A stretch of 34,305 bases of DNA from IMG/VR virus record IMGVR_UViG_3300047552_000023; one strand, 5' to 3'. Positions 16,361 to 22,442 of this stretch are shown here, in pieces. The translations under genes and the position numbers were made by a program. The stretch comes from a virus. The notes below the pieces were generated by a model. It was given only the letters and a program-made list of their open reading frames with translations. It was not told the DNA's origin and searched no databases. Within the stretch, counting starts at the first letter, position 1. Each line of letters begins with the position of its first letter.

Positions 16361-16612
16361 TTAGAAGTTGATGTCATCATCCATGAAATCATCGCGTGGT
16401 TTGCTAGGCTCCGCCTTTTGACCTTCTGCGCGTGGTTCAAAGAGATATGCCCACCCTGTCCAGCCGCCTTCGACCAATGGCACTTGATCGAGCTTTAGCA
16501 TATTGCCTTTTTTAGTCTCAATCACAGAGCCGATACGCTGGTAACGCACCTTCTCTTGCCCGTCTTTTTGGTATGTGCCAGCCTTGACTGTTACTTCATA
16601 AATTACTGCCAT
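16361..16612 (-). CDS. Small OB-like protein ending in an SSB-type acidic tip
   Basis: 83 aa with a beta-rich N-terminus. The C-terminus DDFMDDDINF closely mimics the E. coli SSB tip MDFDDDIPF. It lies in the recombination module. Confidence 0.55.
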   Translation of the reverse strand: MAVIYEVTVKAGTYQKDGQEKVRYQRIGSVIETKKGNMLKLDQVPLVEGGWTGWAYLFEPRAEGQKAEPSKPRDDFMDDDINF

Positions 16613-16862
16613 TTTTTTCTTTCAAGTGGTTAAAAATTTTTTCAAGTGTTGGTGCTGCAATTCTGCAAAATCCAACTGGTGTATGAGGATACCAATGCAA
16701 AACCCATAAGCTATCCGTGTCAATTGCTTCTTGCATTTCATCTTTAGACAAAAACGCATCTTGCAAATCAAGATCAGCAATGTGCTGTTCAACGCTTATG
16801 TAATAGTTTTTATGCTCATTGTGTTCAAGAGACAAACCAGCTTCATGTTTTGGAAATTCCAT
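16596..16862 (-). CDS. Hypothetical early protein (88 aa)
   Basis: ORF with short overlaps to both neighbours on the minus strand. Confidence 0.5.
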   Translation of the reverse strand: MEFPKHEAGLSLEHNEHKNYYISVEQHIADLDLQDAFLSKDEMQEAIDTDSLWVLHWYPHTPVGFCRIAAPTLEKIFNHLKEKNGSNL

Positions 16863-17478
16863 GATTTTCTTTTAGTTCGTTAAGTTTCATAATTTTGCCA
16901 TCCAGTTCTGTGAGAAACTTTTTGACTTCTTCTTCAAGCATTTGAATGTAAGCGTTATCGCGTGGGACACGCTTTACAAACAATTGAAGTCCGTCTGTCA
17001 TTCGTGGGTCAAAGCTCACGAAATCACACCATTGGCGACCAGTGCAAGCCATTTGCCATTGCATCTGAGTAACGTACTCGCCTGGCACAGTTTGGCTCAA
17101 CAAAGTGTCGATGTGCGTTGCCGTGTTTGGGCATTTAATCTCAAGCTGACCATCATCGCCAACAAGCCCGTCAGGTGAAGCGCCAGCCTGCTCAATCGTT
17201 GGATGTTGAATCATGGCTACTTCATCCACTAAAACGTCTGCATGAGCCTCATACGCTGCTCTAGCCAATGGTTCGGTTTCAGTGCCATGAACCATAGCAG
17301 CATTGCTAAAAGATTCAGCCACAGTTCCTGTCATGCGTTCGCAGACAAGTTGAGCCATGTAGTTTTCACGGCTAGTTGAATATCCTGTTTTGGTCTTGGC
17401 GATAACGTCAGCAACACGGCTGGCGGTAACTTTGCCCAATCGTTGAGCAAACCATTCGGGTGAGCCTTGTTCAATCAT
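16843..17478 (-). CDS. YqaJ-type (lambda Exo-like) recombination exonuclease
   Basis: 211 aa. GSPEWFAQRLGKVTASRVADVI...HGTETEPLARAAYE...ASPDGLV...LEIKCP is the PD-(D/E)XK YqaJ signature. Confidence 0.85.
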   Translation of the reverse strand: MIEQGSPEWFAQRLGKVTASRVADVIAKTKTGYSTSRENYMAQLVCERMTGTVAESFSNAAMVHGTETEPLARAAYEAHADVLVDEVAMIQHPTIEQAGASPDGLVGDDGQLEIKCPNTATHIDTLLSQTVPGEYVTQMQWQMACTGRQWCDFVSFDPRMTDGLQLFVKRVPRDNAYIQMLEEEVKKFLTELDGKIMKLNELKENHGISKT

Positions 17479-17641
17479 TTTTAATCCCCCAAGGTAACCA
17501 GCACATTGCTGTAAACCACATAAAGTTTTCCATGTATCTTATTTCGTGTTGCGTATAGCTTATGACTGTTACTGACAAAGCAAGCCCAATGTTTACAAAC
17601 ATCAAAGCAACGACTATCCAAGTAAAAAATGATCTAATCAT
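17471..17641 (-). CDS. 56-aa membrane microprotein between erf and exo (below the track cutoff)
   Basis: Hand translation gives MIRSFFTWIVVALMFVNIGLALSVTVISYTQHEIRYMENFMWFTAMCWLPWGIKND. It has an ATGA overlap with the erf stop and an 8-nt overlap (ATGATTGA) with the exo start. Confidence 0.5.
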   Translation of the reverse strand: MIRSFFTWIVVALMFVNIGLALSVTVISYTQHEIRYMENFMWFTAMCWLPWGIKND

Positions 17642-18192
17642 TTCAAGCTCGCTTTCTTTTCATCTTTGACTGCAATGATTTTCTTTTGCCAATTAGCATC
17701 TGTGCCACAGGATTTGTAGGCAGCTTGGTAGGCTGCTTTTAACGATGCTTCGTCAATTGCGTCTTGAATAGCCGTGATGTGGTCAGCCATCATGCTGGAA
17801 TCCACAACAGTCTTTTCAGAGCGTGTTGCACGATTTCCATCATCATCTTCTGGAGCAATACCGCAAGCAGCCATCAAGCTGTAACGTCTAGCGTATGTCA
17901 GCGCAGAAGCATAACCCTGTGGGTCTTTCTTGACAGCAGGAAAGTGAACAATGCCACATTCCAACATCTCGCCTGATTCATGGACAAAGACTGTTTCGCA
18001 CATGATGCCATCGGCGCAGTCATAGTTCTTTTGCAACAGGAAAATGCCGTTGTTGTTTAAAGCGTCAATGACAGCCTCAACGCAAGCAGACAGGTCTGCA
18101 TACTTAGAACGGAAATGAGGGTTTGTAGATGTCTTTAAAGCAGGGCCAAAGGCTTTCTGTGCTTTGACCAAAGCTGATGCGATGTTTTTCAT
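17638..18192 (-). CDS. erf: ERF-family single-strand annealing protein
   Basis: 184 aa. NPHFRSKYADLSACVEAV...VHESGE...GYASALTYARRYSLMAACGIAPEDDDG is the classic ERF motif set. Confidence 0.85.
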   Translation of the reverse strand: MKNIASALVKAQKAFGPALKTSTNPHFRSKYADLSACVEAVIDALNNNGIFLLQKNYDCADGIMCETVFVHESGEMLECGIVHFPAVKKDPQGYASALTYARRYSLMAACGIAPEDDDGNRATRSEKTVVDSSMMADHITAIQDAIDEASLKAAYQAAYKSCGTDANWQKKIIAVKDEKKASLK

Positions 18193-18905
18193 GCTTGTAC
18201 TCCAAAATTAAAAGCAATCAATTGACAAAACAAACGGTATTGCTCTAAATGTTGTTGATTGTTTTTGTGAGTGTTTTCAATTTGTTTTAAAAATTCTGCA
18301 ACTGTTCCTGAGAAACAACCACAAACAACACGGACACCTAATTTGTCGTCAACAAAAGCTGTTGTAAACCGCCCAGATGATTTTGCAGGCCCAATAAGTA
18401 ACCATTCAGTCCTGCCGGAGACCAACGCATCGCCGGAGACCCACGCATCGCCGGAGACCTGCGCATTGCCGTAGACCCGCGCATTGCCGGAGACCAACGC
18501 ATCGCCGGAGACCCACGCATCGCCGGAGACCTGCGCATCGCCGGAGACCTGCGCATTGCCGTAGACCCGCGCATTGCCGGAGACCTGCGCATTGCCGTAG
18601 ACCTGCGCATCGCCGGAGACCTGCGCATCGCCGGAGACCTGCGCATTGCCGTAGACCTGCGCATCGCCGGAGACCTGCGCATCGCCGGAGACCTGCGCAT
18701 TGCCGTAGACCCACGCATCGCCGGAGACCTGCGCATTGCCGTAGACCCACGCATTGCCAATCTGACTTAGATTTTTTTCTGATTCAACATATCCACCCAA
18801 ATCATTAGGAGCAACTAACTCGCCAATTGCAACAATCGCTTTGATTCGGTAAAGTGTTTTACCAAAAAACTGTTTTGTGTCGGTTTTTACAAGTTCGTAT
18901 TTCAT
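18189..18905 (-). CDS. Hexapeptide-repeat (predicted left-handed beta-helix) protein
   Basis: 238 aa from ATG 18905 (MKYELVKTDTKQFFGKTLYRIKA...). It has 19 consecutive G[DN]A[QWRL]V[SY] units, then a C-terminal domain containing VVCGCFSGTVAEFLKQIENTH. The track start at 19007 is upstream read-through in the same frame. Confidence 0.8.
   Translation of the reverse strand: MKYELVKTDTKQFFGKTLYRIKAIVAIGELVAPNDLGGYVESEKNLSQIGNAWVYGNAQVSGDAWVYGNAQVSGDAQVSGDAQVYGNAQVSGDAQVSGDAQVYGNAQVSGNARVYGNAQVSGDAQVSGDAWVSGDALVSGNARVYGNAQVSGDAWVSGDALVSGRTEWLLIGPAKSSGRFTTAFVDDKLGVRVVCGCFSGTVAEFLKQIENTHKNNQQHLEQYRLFCQLIAFNFGVQA
18417..18758 (-). repeat. 19 x 18-bp tandem coding repeat
   Basis: The units are ggagacctgcgcatcgcc and close variants, parsed one by one. 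18597-18650 is duplicated perfectly at 18651-18704 (54 bp = 3 units). All three minus frames are open, which produces two artefactual track ORFs. Confidence 0.95.
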
Positions 18906-19102
18906 TACTTTGCTCCAAAGACAAGCATTGCTGTGATGAAGCCAGCAACAAATGCGTAAAGAATGTTGAGATATTTTTCGTGGTCTGGAGTGTGTGCTTC
19001 CATCCACTCGCCTTGTTGTATGCGCTGAACGTCTTGAACGTTGCTTGGGAACGCTTCTTCAAGAGTGCGTGGAAATGTGCGGGTGGTGTCGTTGACTTTC
19101 AT
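18905..19102 (-). CDS. First leftward early gene: 65-aa tail-anchored membrane protein
   Basis: MKVNDTTRTFPRTLEEAF... with a C-terminal TM YLNILYAFVAGFITAMLVFGA. GGAG lies 5-8 nt upstream of the ATG. A TAATG overlap links it to the next gene. Confidence 0.55.
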   Translation of the reverse strand: MKVNDTTRTFPRTLEEAFPSNVQDVQRIQQGEWMEAHTPDHEKYLNILYAFVAGFITAMLVFGAK

Positions 19103-19237
19103 GGTTGCTCCTAAATTACCGCTTGCGTTGCGCTACGGGATGAATGAAGTATATCTAGTTTTCTAGACATTTTCAAAGAAACTAAAAATATTTTGCAATC
19201 TGTTGCTTTTTTGTCAAAAAATGTAGACAATGCACGA
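19103..19237. promoter_or_regulatory. Divergent early promoter/operator region
   Basis: This is the only place where gene orientation diverges. The palindromic hexamer TTGCAA (19193-19198) can serve as the -35 in both directions. Leftward it has an 18-nt spacer to GAAAAT (19174-19169). Rightward it has an 18-nt spacer to AAAAAT (19217-19222). Confidence 0.45.
19154..19167. promoter_or_regulatory. Perfect palindrome TCTAGTTTTCTAGA (candidate operator)
   Basis: A 14-bp perfect inverted repeat sits just downstream of the putative leftward -10. A related half-site, gTAGACA, recurs at 19223-19229 over the putative rightward start. Confidence 0.35.
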
Positions 19238-19408
19238 ATGGACATCAACAATATTATCAAGAAGGTAGGCTCACAGAGTGAGCTTGCGCGACTTCTAGGT
19301 GTAAAGCGCACGACTGTTTGGCTCTGGAAAAAGACAGGCAAAGTGCCGCAATCACGCATCTGGCAAATTCAACTCAACCACCCTGAACTTTTAAAGGAAA
19401 CGAAATGA
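19238..19408 (+). CDS. Cro/YdaS-like HTH regulator
   Basis: 56 aa from ATG 19238. VGSQSELARLLGVKRTTVWLWKKTGKVPQSRIWQIQ is an HTH followed by the 'vP' motif of Cro/YdaS-like proteins. No SD is visible, so the transcript may be near-leaderless. Confidence 0.65.
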   Translation: MDINNIIKKVGSQSELARLLGVKRTTVWLWKKTGKVPQSRIWQIQLNHPELLKETK

Positions 19409-19557
19409 AAAAAGCAATCGCAATCATCCTGGCAACGCTTGCAATCAGCGCAAACGCTCAGATGTACACAAACACTTACATGATGAACGGCAAGACAGTT
19501 ACTTGCACCACAACTTGCATCGGTAACGGTCAATCTTGCACTACGAGCTGCTTCTAA
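19405..19557 (+). CDS. Secreted Thr/Cys-rich peptide precursor (50 aa, below the track cutoff)
   Basis: Hand translation gives MKKAIAIILATLAISANA|QMYTNTYMMNGKTVTCTTTCIGNGQSCTTSCF. It has an AAAGGAAA RBS, an ATGA overlap with the cro-like stop, a Sec-type signal with an A-N-A site, and a mature 32-mer with C-x3-C-x6-C-x3-C. Confidence 0.55.
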   Translation: MKKAIAIILATLAISANAQMYTNTYMMNGKTVTCTTTCIGNGQSCTTSCF

Positions 19558-19865
19558 TGAATACATTTGCTGAACTTGAAATGGCGGTAATCCGCTGGTC
19601 TGAAGCTCGAAAAATCATCCCAAACAGCACACCAGAAGCGCAACACATCAAACTTGAGGAAGAAGTTGAAGAACTGCGCGAGGCTTTGTTTGACAAAGAC
19701 CATGAAGGCGCTGTTGATGCCATCGGTGATTGCGCTGTCGTGCTTATTAATATTTGCGCTTTGATGGATGTGAACTTCACAGATTGCTTGGCTCATGCCT
19801 ACGACCAAATCAAAGACCGCAAAGGCACAATGAACGCCGCAGGCATCTTTGTGAAGGAATCCTAA
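19557..19865 (+). CDS. MazG-like all-alpha nucleotide pyrophosphohydrolase
   Basis: 102 aa from ATG 19557 (TAATG overlap). KLEEEVEELREAL...AVDAIGDCAVVLINICALMDVNF...AYDQIKDRKGTM matches the phage MazG-like pattern (EExxE...D). Confidence 0.7.
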   Translation: MNTFAELEMAVIRWSEARKIIPNSTPEAQHIKLEEEVEELREALFDKDHEGAVDAIGDCAVVLINICALMDVNFTDCLAHAYDQIKDRKGTMNAAGIFVKES

Positions 19866-20014
19866 TGGGCTGGCTCGTTGGATTAACAGTCATTGCCGCT
19901 TGGCTAACCCATATCTTCACTTGCTTTGCACAAGGCTTTTGGGGCTTCTTGGTGGCTGGCGCTATCTTTTTTCCAATCGGAATCCTTCACGGGTTTTATC
20001 TTTGGTTCAACTGA
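19865..20014 (+). CDS. 49-aa two-TM membrane microprotein
   Basis: MGWLVGLTVIAAWLTHIFTCFAQGFWGFLVAGAIFFPIGILHGFYLWFN, with a TAATG overlap to the upstream gene. Confidence 0.5.
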   Translation: MGWLVGLTVIAAWLTHIFTCFAQGFWGFLVAGAIFFPIGILHGFYLWFN

Positions 20015-20020
20015 TATAAT
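20012..20020 (+). promoter_or_regulatory. Extended -10 promoter element TGATATAAT
   Basis: A perfect TGnTATAAT lies in the 105-nt gap before the replication module. A 6-bp-stem hairpin (20038-20043 / 20054-20059) follows it. Confidence 0.4.
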
Positions 20021-20119
20021 GTTTTGAAACAAGGCTAGGTCTGAAGTCATGAGCAGACCGAAAAGCGAACCTCCCGCCTGCCTGCGTTTCTTTTTCTGGA
20101 GGGTTTGCGAGGATGCCTT

Positions 20120-20881
20120 ATGGCTACAAAAGTCGATATATGGATGCCGCTATACATTGCGGATTACTTGTCTGCCACTTCACGGCTGACTACTGAGCAA
20201 CACGGAGCATATTTGCTCTTGCTGATGGACTATTGGAAAAGCGGTGCGCCGCCTGACAATGATGCAGTCCTTGCTCAGATTACAAAACTTTCACCAGATG
20301 CTTGGGCTAATGCTCGGACTATGCTTGAACCATTCTTTGAAATACAAGATGGAGCATGGTTTCAACCTCGCGTTGAAAACGAGATGGCAAAAGCAAATCA
20401 CAACAAACAGGCTAACAAAGAGCGTGGCTTGAAAGGTGCGCAGGCTCGTTGGGGCAATAAAAATGCTCCAAGCATAGTCGAAGCATACTCGGAGCAATGC
20501 TCGGCAGATAGCACATCACCTTCACCTTCACCTTCAAAAAATACAAAAAGAGATAAAGCAATTTCCATTGCTTGCCCTTCTGATGTTGACCAACAAGTTT
20601 GGGCTGATTGGTTGCAACTTAGGAAAACCAAGAAAGCATCTGTGACAGAGACGGTTATTAAAGGCGCTCGATCTGAATCTGTAAAAGCTGGAATTCCATT
20701 AAACGAATTTTTGGAAATTTGGTGTTTGCGTGGTTCACAAGGATTAGAAGCATCTTGGATTAAACCTGATGAACGAAATAGAGCTTTGAGTAAGGCTGGT
20801 CAAACAACTCAAACCGTAATGTCTGGATTGACCCGTGGATTGATTGGAGGGACTTCAAATGCAAAACTCTTACTCAAATAA
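20120..20881 (+). CDS. DUF1376-type replication-associated protein
   Basis: 253 aa from ATG 20120 (GAGGA 6 nt upstream). WMPLYIADYLSATSRLTTEQHGAYLLLLMDYWKSGAPPDNDAVLAQI is the DUF1376 signature. An internal (CACCTT)x3 at 20517-20534 encodes an SPSPSPS linker. Confidence 0.7.
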   Translation: MATKVDIWMPLYIADYLSATSRLTTEQHGAYLLLLMDYWKSGAPPDNDAVLAQITKLSPDAWANARTMLEPFFEIQDGAWFQPRVENEMAKANHNKQANKERGLKGAQARWGNKNAPSIVEAYSEQCSADSTSPSPSPSKNTKRDKAISIACPSDVDQQVWADWLQLRKTKKASVTETVIKGARSESVKAGIPLNEFLEIWCLRGSQGLEASWIKPDERNRALSKAGQTTQTVMSGLTRGLIGGTSNAKLLLK

Positions 20882-21245
20882 AAGCTGTACTGAAGCTGAT
20901 GGCTTGGATTACATCTTTGCCTATATGGGCGCAGTTTATGGTGCTGCATTTAGTCGCCATTGGGATGGAAGTGACCCAACTACGGTGAGAGCTGTTTGGG
21001 AGGAAGTTGTTGGTGTTCATTTGACGAGCAAATCAACAATGGATTACGCATTGGAAAACTTGCCTGCTGATTTTCCACCTTCTGCGATTGCCTTTCGCAA
21101 TCTGTGTATTGATGGTGTCAAGAAAAACAAAAAATTTGATCGTGACCCTGCATTGCTTCAGATTGAGGAAGACGCAAAGAAGGCAACCAAGCCAAATGCT
21201 GATGTGCAAGCGCGAATTGCTGAACTTTTGAAGGGTAAAGTATGA
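20859..21245 (+). CDS. Replication-module accessory protein (128 aa)
   Basis: GGAGGG lies 7 nt upstream of ATG 20859. The gene is adjacent to, and overlaps, the DUF1376 gene. Function is inferred only from position. Confidence 0.5.
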   Translation: MQNSYSNKSCTEADGLDYIFAYMGAVYGAAFSRHWDGSDPTTVRAVWEEVVGVHLTSKSTMDYALENLPADFPPSAIAFRNLCIDGVKKNKKFDRDPALLQIEEDAKKATKPNADVQARIAELLKGKV

Positions 21246-21982
21246 GAATCGTGTGTTGGTTTAGCTGCGGAGCCGCAAGCGCAGTCGCTACAAAACTTGC
21301 TATTGCTGAAAATGCAGGTAAGTTGCCTTTAATCATTGCCTACACCGAGGTGTCTGAAGAACACCCAGACAACAAGCGATTCCTGAAAGAATGTGAGGCT
21401 TGGTTTGGTCAAGAAATCCAAATTCTGCGCAACGAAAAGTATCAAGGCAGCATTTTCAACGTCTTTGAGAAAAATCGTTACATCGTAGGAATTGCTGGCG
21501 CTCCATGCACAAAGTTTCTGAAAAAAGAAGTTCGCCAGAAGTTTGAACAACTGACAGACCGTCAGGTGTTTGGCTATACGGCTGAAGAACAGCACCGACT
21601 AGACCGCTTTATTGATGCCAACAACGATGTGGACATTTGGACACCGCTGATTGACAAAGGGTTGTCAAAAGAAGACTGTCTGGCAATGCTTCAAAACGCA
21701 AATATTGAACTGCCTGAGATGTACCGTCTTGGCTACCACAACAACAATTGCATCGGCTGTGTGAAAGGTGGAGCTGGCTATTGGAACAAGATTCGTGTGG
21801 ATTTTCCGCAACACTTTGAACGCATGGCAAAACTTGAGCGTGTTATTGGCGCAAGCATTACAAAGTCAAAAGGTGAACGGGTCTATCTTGACGAGCTGCC
21901 GCCAGATGCAGGAGATTACCCAACAGAGCAAAACATCGAGTGTTCTATCTTTTGCCATATGGCTGAATCGGAATACAAATGA
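21242..21982 (+). CDS. PP-loop ATPase, PAPS-reductase-like
   Basis: 246 aa. It has an N-terminal VCWFSCGAASAV (a variant SGGxDS PP-loop) and a later NNNCIGCVKGG cysteine motif, as in phage PAPS-reductase-like proteins. Confidence 0.7.
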   Translation: MRIVCWFSCGAASAVATKLAIAENAGKLPLIIAYTEVSEEHPDNKRFLKECEAWFGQEIQILRNEKYQGSIFNVFEKNRYIVGIAGAPCTKFLKKEVRQKFEQLTDRQVFGYTAEEQHRLDRFIDANNDVDIWTPLIDKGLSKEDCLAMLQNANIELPEMYRLGYHNNNCIGCVKGGAGYWNKIRVDFPQHFERMAKLERVIGASITKSKGERVYLDELPPDAGDYPTEQNIECSIFCHMAESEYK

Positions 21983-22176
21983 ATTTTTTTCAGGCAATGC
22001 AAATTCTTGACGGAATCAAAGATAATCTGTCTTATAATCTAGACACAATCAACAGAGCGTTGGAACTGACAGGTGACTTGGACATTAAACAACTTGAGAG
22101 AGAAGCAAGTCGAACACCTAGTCATGTTGGCATCGCAAAAGGGTTGGGTAGCGTATGCCAGCAAACGAGCCGATGA
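21979..22176 (+). CDS. Hypothetical protein (65 aa)
   Basis: ATGA overlap with the upstream gene. The 3' third overlaps ORF 22073-22264 in another frame. Confidence 0.35.
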   Translation: MNFFQAMQILDGIKDNLSYNLDTINRALELTGDLDIKQLEREASRTPSHVGIAKGLGSVCQQTSR

Positions 22177-22264
22177 GCTTGAACAAGACCCGTCAGGTTT
22201 GTTTGTTGGCATTAAAGATGAAGTTCGTAAGAGATTAAATGAAAGGAAACGAGATGGAACTTGA
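22073..22264 (+). CDS. Hypothetical protein (63 aa from GTG; alternative ATG 22124)
   Basis: It has a helical, charged sequence that looks more protein-like than the tail of the overlapping ORF. It may be the downstream half of a frameshifted gene. Confidence 0.3.
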   Translation: MTWTLNNLREKQVEHLVMLASQKGWVAYASKRADELEQDPSGLFVGIKDEVRKRLNERKRDGT

Positions 22265-22442
22265 TACACGCATAGAAACGACACGCAAGCGCAGTTGGGT
22301 AAATGTAGACCAACACGGTGATGAGGTTTGGATTTCTGTTGTGGTGGAAGCTGCGCGATGCCATGTCACGCTGACCAAAGACCAAGCCAAGGACATGATT
22401 GCAGCTTTGATTCGTATTGTTGACGCAGAGGTGAAACCATGA
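22254..22442 (+). CDS. Hypothetical protein (62 aa)
   Basis: AGGAAA RBS before ATG 22254. ATGA overlap with the next ORF. Confidence 0.5.
   Translation: MELDTRIETTRKRSWVNVDQHGDEVWISVVVEAARCHVTLTKDQAKDMIAALIRIVDAEVKP

Noticed and set aside
18417-18758. A regular 18-bp repeat array that superficially resembles a CRISPR or minisatellite locus.
   Set aside because: The units are contiguous with no spacers. They are in frame with flanking coding sequence and encode a clean hexapeptide repeat. No cas genes or leader are present.
18338-18760. Two additional minus-strand track ORFs (18338-18760 and 18406-18750) full of MRRSPA / GLRQCA repeats.
   Set aside because: They are alternative frames of the same tandem repeat and stay open only because the 18-bp unit lacks stops. 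The frame joined to real N- and C-terminal domains is 18189-18905.
19369-19566. A 65-aa minus-strand track ORF over the secreted-peptide gene.
   Set aside because: It is antisense to a plus-strand ORF that has an RBS, start/stop coupling and a textbook signal peptide. It also lies in the rightward transcription arm.
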